From the NCBI GenBank assembly GCA_030141605.1, contig JAQGDQ010000619.1, positions 1 to 64,000 on the forward strand: 64,000 bases of DNA, written 5' to 3'. Positions 52,674-64,000 of this stretch are shown here, one piece after another. How positions within the stretch are numbered: position 1 is the stretch's first letter; every line of letters starts with the position of its first letter. The DNA comes from Tubiluchus corallicola. Its lineage: Eukaryota > Animalia > Priapulida. The translations under genes were made by a program, and so were the position numbers. The notes beneath the pieces were generated by a model. That model saw nothing but the letters and a program-made list of their open reading frames with translations, was not told where the DNA came from and ran no database searches.

Positions 52674-53132
52674 TTAAAGAAAAAAAGACTCACCAAAGTT
52701 TTAGAATCTAATCCGTAAGTTGTAGAACATATTACTGAGCTTGAGTTGGAGGCTAAATGAGATGATGTAATGATGGAAGCAACACTAATTAAGTCTATGA
52801 TGCAGCCACAGATGTTAAGCAGTAAGCACGATATCTTATAACTTACAACAGCAATACATCAGAGGCAAAAAGTTGAAAAAGCTGAGACGAAAAAGTTTAC
52901 AGTCGAAGTTATTTACAGACATTTCTTTGTTTAAATTTCAACTCGACAACCGACATAAAACAGATTGTCGTCTGGTCACTTTTTGGGTATTCGTCCTCAG
53001 TTGTGATAAATACGATGTAAAAGTAACTTAAAGTTCGGTGACTATGATTGTGACATTTGGTGACTATGGTAATAATTTTTTTGTACATGTACCGAACTCA
53101 TACTTACTAAGTCGTACTCAGTTCTGTACAAA

Positions 53133-53560
53133 ATGCAGCAAACATGGTGTATGTAACAATGCAACAAACATGGTGTATGTAACAATGCTACTAACGTGTT
53201 GTATGTAACAATGCAACAAACATGGTGTATGTAACAATGCAACAAACATGGTGTATGTAGCAATGCAACAAACATGGTGTGTGTAACAATGCAACAAACA
53301 CGGTGTATGTAACAATGCAACAAACATGGTGTATGTAACAATGCAACAAACATGGTGTATGTAGCAATGCAATAAACATGGTGTGTGTAACAATGCAACA
53401 AACACGGTGTATGTAACAATGCAACAAACATGGTGTATGTAACAATGCAACAAACACGGTGTATGTAACAATGCAACAAACATGGTGTATGTAACAATGC
53501 AACAAACACGGTGTATGTAACAATGTAACAAACATGGTGTATGTAACAATGCAACTAACA
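53133..53560. repeat. 26-bp minisatellite (AACATGGTGTATGTAACAATGCAACA), about 16 copies
   Basis: Tandem periodicity. Confidence 0.95.
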
Positions 53561-53653
53561 TGCTATCTAAACGCTAAATTTATTTGGGCAATTTTCAAAA
53601 GCTCTTTCGACAATAAGCAATGTAGTTTTGAGGTCTTTGTTCATTATTAAAAA

Positions 53654-54064
53654 CAGGCCCAACGAGAGAGGGGGCAGTGCCCCGGGGCCCGGGTGTCTAG
53701 GAGGCCCGAGAAGATAAGGACGCAACCAGGGTTTTATATCACTAGAGCTGCTAAAGTTTTTTTTCTTAAAGTTGGTTAGCCATTTTTTTCTTGTCTTTTC
53801 TCTAGTTTTTCCCTCATCAGAACTGCCTTTTTGATTGGTGGAGGCTGGAAATAATGGGGAATTAGTTAATTTAGTTTAAAAATGTCTCTGGTTTTCGTTT
53901 TGCTTATAGTCATCACAGCATCAATGCTTTAGGTTCTTACAGTACGTCATTAATGATGTCATTTGTGTGTTTAGTTCAGCTTTACGTGATGTTTTGCCAC
54001 TTGAAGGGGGGTCCTTAATGCTTGCTGCCCCACCCAGTGTCCTCAATGGCTCTCGACGGCCCTG
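53654..54064. mobile_element. hAT-like MITE
   Basis: Imperfect TIRs CAGGCCCAACGAGAG/CTCTCGACGGCCCTG; TTAAAAA(C) on both flanks. Confidence 0.7.
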
Positions 54065-55126
54065 TTAAAAACGCAGTGCAGTATGGCTTCATATATTCAG
54101 ATGGCTTGAAAAGTTAGTGTAACAGGGAATTATTGCCATATCGTGGAAATGTTTATGAGAAAATAACATGATAATCATGGATTCGTCTCTGGGTGATAGT
54201 AGTTTTCTGGAATACTCACGTAGAAGATTTGCCTGCTGCAAAGTTTGACCTTGAAATGATTTTACATGTTTAGCTGCAGTTTTAATGGGGTATTTTAAAG
54301 CAGTTCAGGTCTTTTAGCTTGGTATTTTTGCTAAACGTTTCACATCTTCGTTCCTTAATTGAATGTGAACAGACCTTTGATTTGCAGAACGGAACCGTTA
54401 ACACCTGTTCAAATAACTTAAGGCGCCAAATAATTTGCAATTTTTCACTTGAGATAATTTAGAAGTTCTGTTTAGTTATTGAAAGTATCGGCTGCATGAA
54501 TTTCCAGTGGATACGACATGTGTTCAAATTCAAAAATCATCGTACATGTATATTTAGGCCCTAGAGTGAATAACAATGCCACTCTTTATGCAAGAGAACC
54601 AAATTTTTCAAAAGAATTTGACAGAAATCAGACGTGTTCACTGCGCGTGAAAACGCCTGGCCATTCATGTCTGTTTGAAAATGTGCATGAATAATCATGA
54701 ATACGGTGGGATAATTTGAATATTTTGATTACAAACTGGCAAAGACCCATATAATTGATTTCTCAGCACAGGTCAATAAGCTTAGATCAGTCTGAGGAAT
54801 TTATGTTACGGAAAATTTAAAAACTTCCCTGATTTGTTACAAGCGTCAGAATGCGACGCCTCTGCCAGTCAACGAACCCACGTGAAGAGATTTCTCAACA
54901 TTTCGTGCTGCTCGTGGTTGGTAGTCGACGCTCCTTTATGCAAAGTTCGTCAGGTCTAAATGAAGTCTTGTTGCAAAGTTGATACACTAGCTAATAATTT
55001 GATTAAGTTATAAATCACTGATTCCTTTGAACCCAATTTAAAAATTTACAAACAGTTCACTGCTTTAGGAAATTTGAAAAAGCTGGTATTAACATGTATA
55101 TATTGGTCTACATGCTGTACATATAG

Positions 55127-55451
55127 TAGGGGTGAGCATCGAACGCTCGAATTCTATTCGAACGAGTTTTTTCAGTTCGAACTCGATCACACGAGCACTC
55201 CAATCACACGTGTTCTTTATCACTAAAACGATTGAAACATCATGCAATTAGTATAATTTAGCTGTGATTTCTGCGCACAATTTTAAAGAAATTACTAGTC
55301 GTTTTATTGCAGAGCAAAATCTCGTGATATGCATGATCTTTGTAAGACTAATTTTTACTGGTGGTTCGAAAACTTGTTCGAAAATCTTTCAATCTCAATT
55401 CGAATTCGGTTCAATTAGAATTCGCTTTCTGGTACAGAATGCTCACCCCTA
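55127..55451. mobile_element. hAT-like MITE with TAGGGGTGAGCAT TIRs
   Basis: 13-bp TIRs; perfect 8-bp TSD ACATATAG; TCGAA-rich subterminal motifs. Confidence 0.88.
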
Positions 55452-55912
55452 ACATATAGGCCTACATATAAATTATATAACAATGGACCTAGGAAAATGG
55501 TTGAGTACGAAAGCTAGTTGATTGTTGTGTTTTGCAGCAGCCTATTACCACATATGGAAGCAGAATAATAAGGGTTCTAGAAGTGACCTTTGTGATTTAG
55601 GTTGAATGTCACTATAACATTCGCCCGGAGACACTTAATTCTGAAAATACACTAAGATCATTCTTGCAATTGACCTTAAGTCTTCATTAGTACCCTCTCT
55701 GTACTACTGACATTCCATGGTGTGCTGTTTTGACTTCTTACCATCTCTGAGAAGCTCAACAACCTGAGTTTGATGATTCTCACACTAATCGAGCCACATA
55801 ACTCTTCTTTTTTACCATTGAGCAAACGCTTTCGAAATATTTAATACGCTCCTGGTAAGCACCATCATTCGTTATTGTTCACTAATATTATAAACACTAA
55901 ATTCGGCATTCA

Positions 55913-56268
55913 TCATGAGAAAATGGGGGCATATTTTAGCGACGCTCGTAACTTTTTAAATGCACCAGGGAAGTAGCCCTTGGTTGAAGTTCGTTTTGCA
56001 GTTTTGCAGTATTCCAGCGCCGTGCTGTTTGGGTATAGTTTAAATTTCTCGTCTCGAAATTTTTGGAACATTTTTCGATTTTGGCTAATGATGGCACCGT
56101 GCTTTTTGGCATGGAGTGTGGAACTTCTTTTGATTCCCTCGTGTACAAGAAATGCGTTGTCGATAATGTGGAATTCGAAGTCTTGCAAACACATTTCAAA
56201 CAGTTGTTCAATTTTGTTATATCCATAACCGCGGAAACGTTCGTCGTGAAACGGTTCTGTTCCGTCAC
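55913..56268 (-). CDS. B4GAT1: B4GAT1/GT49-like glycosyltransferase gene 2 (paralogue), last coding exon; upstream exons not found in window
   Basis: tttttcag acceptor at the same position and phase as gene 1; (G)DGTEPFHDERFRGYGYNKIEQLFEMCLQDFEFHIIDNAFLVHEG...stop; open frame. Confidence 0.88.
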
Positions 56269-57014
56269 CTGAAAAATAAAAGCAAATTGAATGAAAAGGA
56301 ACGACGTGGCGTGATTAACGTCGCTAAAAGCGCGCCAATTTCAGCCTTGCGCACGTGATCTTTTTCCCGGGCTACAGCTAGCTGCTTGCGCACAATAGAC
56401 TGCTCGTTTGATTAACACGATGAGTTTGCTTGCTATTATTTGTGTTGCTGTGATAGACGTTGAGAACAGTCGGATATACGAAACACTTGCAAGATAAAGA
56501 TTTTTAACTGCTTCAAGTTCATCTCGCTGTTATTACTCTTAATTTGTTTAGAGATGCATTGTATTTTGTTACGGTTATAAGCACATGAGTTTTAATCCTT
56601 TAGTACACACAAATTAAATTAAATAATTGTGTCTTTGTAATGGAATTTTCGCAATGTTCTCATGGATGTAATACACTGTGCGAAGAATTTCAGAACTATA
56701 GACTCAAATGTTATGTTTTGGTATTACAGTAGTGAACATGTACTTTGTGTTACGATAATTAACGTCAATAAATGACTGAGTACTTATCTTTTACAAAACA
56801 TCTCTGCCGCTTTGTTTTAATTCAATAACTTTTTTGTAGGAGAAACAAGTTTACCTGTTGTTTAAATTTGTTTTTAAACTTCTGTTTAGCATAACATAAG
56901 TGGAATCTTGGTTACCCTAGTTTTTGTCGTCTTTATTTATTGTAGCCTCGTTATTTCTGTGTTAATGGCCGTCAGATGGGCGGGTTAAGAGAATGAAAAG
57001 GAAATAAAGGTTGG

Positions 57015-57412
57015 TGGGAGAGGAAAAAATGAGGAGAGAGACGAGGGAAAGAGAGAGAGGAGGAAGAAAGAGACAGAGGGGGAGAGAGAGCAGGGAGAAA
57101 GACAGGAGGGAGAAAGATAGAGAGAGGGAGGGGGAGAGAGAGAGGAGGGAGAAAGAGAGAGAGGGAGAAAGAGAGAAAGGGGGAGTGAGAGAAAGGAGGG
57201 AGAAAGGGGGAGTGAGAGAGAGAGGGAGGAGGGAGAAAGAAAGAGAGAGAGAGGAGGGAGAAAGAGAGAGAGAGAGAGAGGAGGGAGAAAGAGAGAGAGG
57301 AAGAAAGAGAGGAGGGAGAAAGAGAGAAAGGGGGAGTGAGAGAGGGAAAGAGAGAGAGAGGAGCGAGAAAGAGAGAGAAAGGGGCAGTGAGAGAAAGAGA
57401 GAGAGAGGGAGA
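57015..57412. repeat. (GA)-rich low-complexity tract
   Basis: Visible directly. Confidence 0.92.
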
Positions 57413-58799
57413 GTGAATCAGTTCTTACAGGGAAGTGTTGAAAACTATTATCTGTTTTTACTTTCCGTTCGTTTGCAAACTGAGTCATACTTATCAGCAT
57501 GCTTACTCTTTATTCACTGAACTGCGACAGACTTACACCGTGTGTTTTTTGTTATAACTCGCTAGGTGGTTCCATGCTAAGAAGTTATGTGTACAAAAGA
57601 AGGCCAGCGACCCGACCCATGCAAAACTGGGGTTAGGATTTGCACGCTAGATGTAATTATGCCTCCTCTAAGATTGTTTGAAGTAGCGAGTTCCTGTGTG
57701 TTCAGCCATTGCTCGGCCTGTGCATGACAGGTCAGACAACTTTCCCCGCCATTGTTGGGATGCCTTCCTATTAGAAAGATCAGATCTGCTTTGCTTCACT
57801 GTTTTAATTTATTTCCTGCTCTTTCATTGAGCAATGTGGTGTGGATGGGAAAGCAAACGCCCCAAGGAGGACTGGGTACCAGGAAGGAGGTAATGTCGCA
57901 CACTCACTTTGTTTACCTTCACTGGTTAACAATGGAGTTACGTCTGTCTACATTAACTTCCGTGGTTCACAGTGCAGAGTCTGTGCAGCTGCTGTGAATG
58001 CAGTGACATTTGTCACACTGAGTGAAATATGTCCTATGTCACTGCCAAATACAAAAACGTCCTCCGCTTTGCCAAATAGATAAAATATGACATACATCAT
58101 TGCCAAACAAAATGTGTCCTAGGTCACTGCCAAACAAAATACCTGCTGTGTTACCGAACTGCAAAAAGATTTATGTCAGCGCCTAGCAAAAGGTGTGTAA
58201 TGTCAGTCGCAAGTAAAAAGATATCGTATGCCACCGTCTACTCAAACATATCATCATGAAATGATATATATATATTGTACATGCCTGGCTTGTAAGTCAG
58301 CTTTGCTGTGTCATCGCCTGATTGACCATGACGCCATAGCTGACATCGTTAATTACTAACACGCTTTCAGGTGAAATTGCTAATTAGGTGAAATATTTAA
58401 CACCAGAGGGTACGCCCTTTAATAAGTACTAGTCGACAAATAGCTAATTTGTAACACTTGTCATTGTTGTTAGCGACAAATAGGTTAATGGTAACTTCCT
58501 ACCGCTTGTGTGGTGTAAAATTACCTACAGACGTTGGTTAATTTGTAGCATTTCCATCCTGATTTTGAAACAATTTTTGCGAATATTTTTTTAACGTTTT
58601 GAAAGGAGCACATAACTTTTCCATACAAATGCTCATTGTTTGCATATGTACGTCATACCTTTGTATTTTCAACTACATTTGCACGTAAATATATACATAC
58701 GTACACATACTCATACTTTTTTACGTGTCTGCGTGTATACTGTATATATGTACTCTATACTGTATACTAAATATACTAAATATACAGATTATGCAAAAC

Positions 58800-59140
58800 A
58801 AGGCATCATTGATAAATCTTTAGAGCTGACGTCAACATAGCGCAATCTATTATCTTTCTTCCTACCATTTCCACTAACACATCCTTTTACCCTTCCTGTG
58901 TAATCTAACCTTTCTCCCAGTTCTTTTTTTGTTCACTCATCCATTCTTTTTTTATCGTGTTCACATGACAGTGGGCTTATACAAGCCTTTGCTTCTCTAG
59001 CCCACTGCAGTACAATTATTCTTTTATGATAACGATAGTGTATGAAACATAACAGTTCAATATAGTAGATGAAATAATTTTGATGTCACTGTGTGCTTTA
59101 TATTGTACTGAATGTGATAATAATAATAAATAAATAAATA
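58800..59140 (+). mobile_element. LINE 3' UTR-like dispersed repeat with (TAAA)n tail
   Basis: Reverse complement of about 12590-12880; hairpin CAGTGGGCT...AGCCCACTG. Confidence 0.65.
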
Positions 59141-60479
59141 TACTAATTTAATCGTACTTAATCGTAATATTTTAATTGTATTGACAGCGCCGATGCCTGT
59201 AATATGGTAATATGGCCAAAAATTTAAGAGGTAAAATATACGTTGCGTAATACTGCGCTATTTATGACAATCTTTTCGACATATTTAACGTACAAGTTTC
59301 GTTTTGCTCATAATATCGTTTTTAAGCGAGTGTGCTGTAGTAAAAGAATTCAACATGATTTATGCTGGCGAATCAAGTTAATTGAACCCGAAATACGTTT
59401 TTATTACATTTTATGTCTCTTGTGGGCACTTAGTATATATAATCATGACTAGTTAGTGTTAATATTTACAAACACTATAATTAGCATTCACCACGGGAAG
59501 AGAAACTGGTTCCTAAACCTGCTTAAGACATGTACATATGTGTGATCAGTTTGTAAAGATACGCAGGAGGTTCCTTTAACATAGTAACAAGTGAGTTTCA
59601 AGCGACAATCATTGCTAGACATAGACATCATGGAGCTGGGCAGGGAAGGACCATAGGGTCATCTAGTCTCCTGCCCTTTCTTATAAATAGATTAGTCATG
59701 TTAAAAATTAACGGTGATGCTGCAGATAACAAAAACAAATAAGAAAAAAATACAAATAAAACAGTATAAATGATACAAATTATCCAAAAAGAAATGAAAA
59801 CAAAAAAGAAAAATAATAAAGTTGGATACCAAAATCTAAACAAAACAATGCAATTATTCAGTAATTAGGATTATCATATGTACTAGTCTCAAATGGGGTT
59901 TTATTAACAGGGGAATTTGACCAAGGTTAGTGAGTAAAGTTAAAAACTGAGAGTATGGAAAGATAAAATAAGTGTCAAAAAAGTGCAATATAGAAAAAAA
60001 TTAAGATAAAAAGTAAGTATGAGAAAGAGCAACAATTACTTAGGAGATGAGGAGAAAAAAGAAATAAAACTTGGCTAGCTTGCTTATTAGTCTTACGAGT
60101 TGTGTACTACAGGTACTAAAGTACTTGATGCCTCGTACTTTCAGTAAGTTTCTTTCCAGTGAAAGTGTTAACGCGATTCCTAAAGGCATCGGAATTTTTG
60201 GTCTGTTGTTGTGCACTCCTTAAGACGTAGTATACACTCTTATCGTACAGCCATCATGTATCGATGTCTGAAATGCCTTGAAGCAGTTTAAAAAATTCTT
60301 GTTACTGGGGCGATTGAACTCAGATTATTATCATGATGATGGGACATGTATTGCTTATTCAACTTGAATGCCTGCCTGTGTCGTAAATGTAGCAAATTTT
60401 GGTACAGCAAAAAGAATCAACAACATATATATATATATATATATATGTTGTTGATATATATATATATATATATATTAAT

Positions 60480-60790
60480 TCTTTATTTGTCATTAAAATG
60501 GTTCACTCATTATAATAAAATTGAGTAATCCTCAGCGTAATGTTAAAATAACAACAGTGTTCAAGATAAATGCGTCCAGTGAATACTAAAAAACTAAAGT
60601 GCAAAACTAAGGCCTAATTATATACAATAAATGAACATATTTACAAACACCATATTAAAATATTTTTACAAAACAATATTACGAAAGTACATTAAATTTT
60701 ACATGATATATTTTACACTATATACATTTGACATGACACAATTAACATAACACGTATTACATTACATAATTTTTTTAAAAAAATTCATCT
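60480..60790 (-). mobile_element. Reverse copy of the 1135-1530 dispersed repeat
   Basis: Near-identical reverse complement. Confidence 0.7.
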
Positions 60791-62055
60791 TTAATCAAAA
60801 GAATCAATAACAAATTCCTCATGTAACTAGCAAATTAGTTATGCCCAATTCTGTAGTCCTGGACACTAAAATATTCACATTTCTTATCTTTCACATACAT
60901 TTTTCTAGTGTAGCCTCTTACTCTGATTGGCTACTGGATTTGTATAACCAAGCAGATATTAATAATTTTTAAACTTGCTTATAACAATTATTAACACATA
61001 GCATGATCTTCTTTCTTTACAACCCGTCTACGTTTAAAGCAAGACCGGACCCAAGCTTAAACTGTAGGTCAAAACAATCTACTCCTTAAAATAATGAAAG
61101 GAAACATACTATTTTTTCAAAAATGATTTACGTGAAAGAATTATTACCACACAAACACAATTTCACGTTCGCACCACTAGTTCTTCACTGTTACATGCAT
61201 TTCATCATTAGCTAGTTAGACGAGCACTAGCGCCTGCATTTCGGGAAGCTTTGCACAAAACCGGTGCTGTACCTTTCAGTTCAGAAGTGTTAGTTTGTGA
61301 CGAACTACACACCTTCGATAGCTCATGCGTGAGTACAGCGGTAAATTCAAAATTTGAATTTTATGTTAAAACATGTCTAGTTTTAGTACAACACGCTGAA
61401 TATCTTACAGTAGCACTGTAGTTCAATTTTCGCTTTCTCAAACACGTGTAATATGCTCGTGGAATATTTTAGCTGAAAATTATGTTAGTTTGTGATGTCA
61501 TCAATTCGCCCGCCATGACACTCAGTGCTGTGACGTCACGTACAGTAGAGCAAGCAGAACTGAACACTGAACAGAACGGTTATTGCTGAGTAATGATTTG
61601 TCTATCCGAAACGCGCAAGTTTATAAAAAATAAAGCTGCTTTTTTGTATCAGGCTGGTCAATAGTGAATGTTTCTGGTCAGCAAGTGTTTACCAGGGTAT
61701 CATTGGACCTTTAACACTATTCTCCTAAACGTTGCTTTACACTGCATTCTGCTGTATACAAGGTTAAAAAAGTTTTTAAACTTCTAATTTTTTCTAAAAA
61801 CTTTAAAAGCTTCTCAGAAAAGTTTAAAACGTCTTAAAGAAGTAAAAATTTTATGTGGATTGTTCAAATTATTTTTACAACTCGAGGTTATTCTCGCAGT
61901 TTAACAAAAGGTAAGAAACTTCTATATCGTTTTTACAATACAGTCTTTTAATTTTAATTATAGCACCTACTGAAGATGCCATTGATGTGGTGAAATATTT
62001 GGACAATAAAACTTAATTTTTACCTTCCTTTGAAAGAAGGATTTTTTCATTTATT

Positions 62056-62056
<1 letters not shown>

Positions 62057-62147
<91 letters not shown>
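62057..62147. repeat. (GTAA)n microsatellite
   Basis: Visible directly. Confidence 0.95.
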
Positions 62148-63297
62148 TCTTTATTTATCACATTTTTTACAAGACAAACACAGAGCATGAAATGATAATA
62201 TGATACAAAGTGACAAGATTATTGAATGAGTAAATTATCTGAGTTAATGATGTTCAAGTGATTGGTGAAAGGGTGGCGAAAAACTAAAAGTTACCAAAGT
62301 CAACCACCCTGTAAGTAATGTTGCTATTAGTAATATGCGCAATTATCTTGACGAAGATTTCAGAATAAGGTGTGTAAAACTATTGAGATTAAGTTTAAAT
62401 TTGAACATAAATATCATGGACATAAAGGCATAATAAATACATATAATGTTGATATTCTAAGCAATGTGTAAATTTACGCAGATAGAATTACCTTACCTCT
62501 TAACTTTCATTTACTTGTTAGTACTGAATATGGTACGTTTCCTATAAGGCATCTAGATAGTCATGAGGCCTCTATCTGCTAATAGTAAATTCAATTATGA
62601 TTTATTTACTGATAATGTATTGGAATTTGATTTATTAATCACCATTGTAATAGCGTATTGTTGAAAAAATGTGAGAGCGCAATTCAAAATGTTGTAAGAT
62701 TTTATGGAAGGAATGTGGACTCTGCGAACCTCTTTAGTTAGACCATTCACTGAACAACCTTCAAACACTCTGATCATTATCAACGTGGTTCCCATCTCAT
62801 TAGTGTCAATTTATTTCATTTTTTTCATTGGCAAGAAATACCTCTCTGCGGAATAGTTCACGGATGAATCAGATGATTAGCACAGCAGTTGAGTGATTAA
62901 ATTAGAAATAGCAGAGGTTTCCTAATCACACTGGCAGTGTATTTCCGAATTCCACAGGGAAGGCCACTCCATTGTGAGAACACATTTATTATTTTTACCG
63001 TAATTACCACCAGGGGGTGTTAATGGTCGTGGTGGTTCTTTTATAAATGCCAGAGCAAGGTCAAGTGCAGTGGATAGCATCACAAGAGTGGTTTTGTGAC
63101 AGAAGTAGATGACCTTAAAAATGCATGCAGTGACTTGTAAGAAAAGCATGTAAATGATGTGACAAGTAGCTTGATGGTTCAGTGAGCATAACAGGCTGAG
63201 AGAAATAAATACGTTGTTAACTGAAGCTTTCTTAACGTTTAAAGTAGCCAGTGTGCTGAAATTGCAATATGCATTTAAAGTCGCTTTCAAGGATTAA

Positions 63298-64000
63298 AGC
63301 ACAAGAAAACCCTCCACTTACGTAAAGCTTAAAAAATTTGTCTCGAAATTTTATAGCATACAAGATTTAATTCGGCCGTAACGCTGTATAAAACGTGTAC
63401 TGTAAATTTAAACTTCCGCGATGACCGTTAGGCGCAGCCATTTTGATGATAAATCGTTTGAAACAAGTTTAGATAACAAAATAAATAATGTTATCTTTTG
63501 ATAACATGGTTTCATATTTGATAACACTTGATAAGTAAAGTTTGAAAAAATAATCAGAGCATTCGTAGCACACATGTTGGTAGTTAAGTAAAATTTTAAA
63601 TTACTGTATCTTGTCAATAAGATTAAAAATACGTTTTTGGTTAGTGAGTGGCACACTCTGGAGGGTGAGTCAGCGACTTTTTACCAATTGGTGAAAACAT
63701 TTTAAATTATTAATCTAGTTACATAAGTCTTTACAGCGAGTAAGTGAAATGCTAAGTAATACAGATTTGCACGGAAAGTTTTTCGGATCATAATTTAACA
63801 TTGCCTTTTCTTCCCCTGATTTACGTGGCGTAGTGACGTCAACTAATGGCGCCGTCGGAACAGTATTGCGGGAGATTTAAAATGAAAACAAACAAAAATT
63901 CCTTTCAACACGAATACGATATGTGCATAAAATTGCTGTAAAGAAATATAATTTTTAAAGCGATTTTTCTGAAACCTACTTCAGGTGCCCCTTTTCTTTT
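63298..64000 (-). mobile_element. Kolobok-like non-autonomous DNA transposon, reverse copy of 24168-24850
   Basis: TTAA|AGCACAAGAAAA terminus; colinear reverse similarity to the window end. Confidence 0.68.

Noticed and set aside
62922-63290. 122-aa ORF as the missing middle exon of GT49 gene 2
   Set aside because: Lacks the CxxCH and EPxYIG motifs seen in the gene 1 exon

Overview
AT-rich, repeat-dense eukaryotic (animal, probably invertebrate) genomic DNA; no prokaryotic operons or CRISPR arrays. Seven phase-consistent + strand exons (882-15899) encode the end of the second membrane region and the first half of the second ATPase domain of an ABCA-subfamily transporter. I found no following Walker B exon in the remaining 48 kb. 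In that space, on the - strand, lie a complete three-coding-exon B4GAT1/GT49-like glycosyltransferase gene (29308-25239) and the last exon of a paralogue (56268-55913). The rest is minisatellites, microsatellites, MITEs of several DNA transposon groups, LINE remnants and SINEs. Most unusual: (1) a four-LTR tandem TRIM whose internal domain is an antisense copy of much of a tRNA-Leu, apparently intron included; (2) a 5S rRNA head fused to an RTE-type non-autonomous element inside one 16-bp target site duplication (TSD); (3) a LINE 3' end amplified in place into a minisatellite. Most long ORFs in the track are repeat artefacts. All coordinates and counts were read by eye; family names come from motif recall, not database searches.
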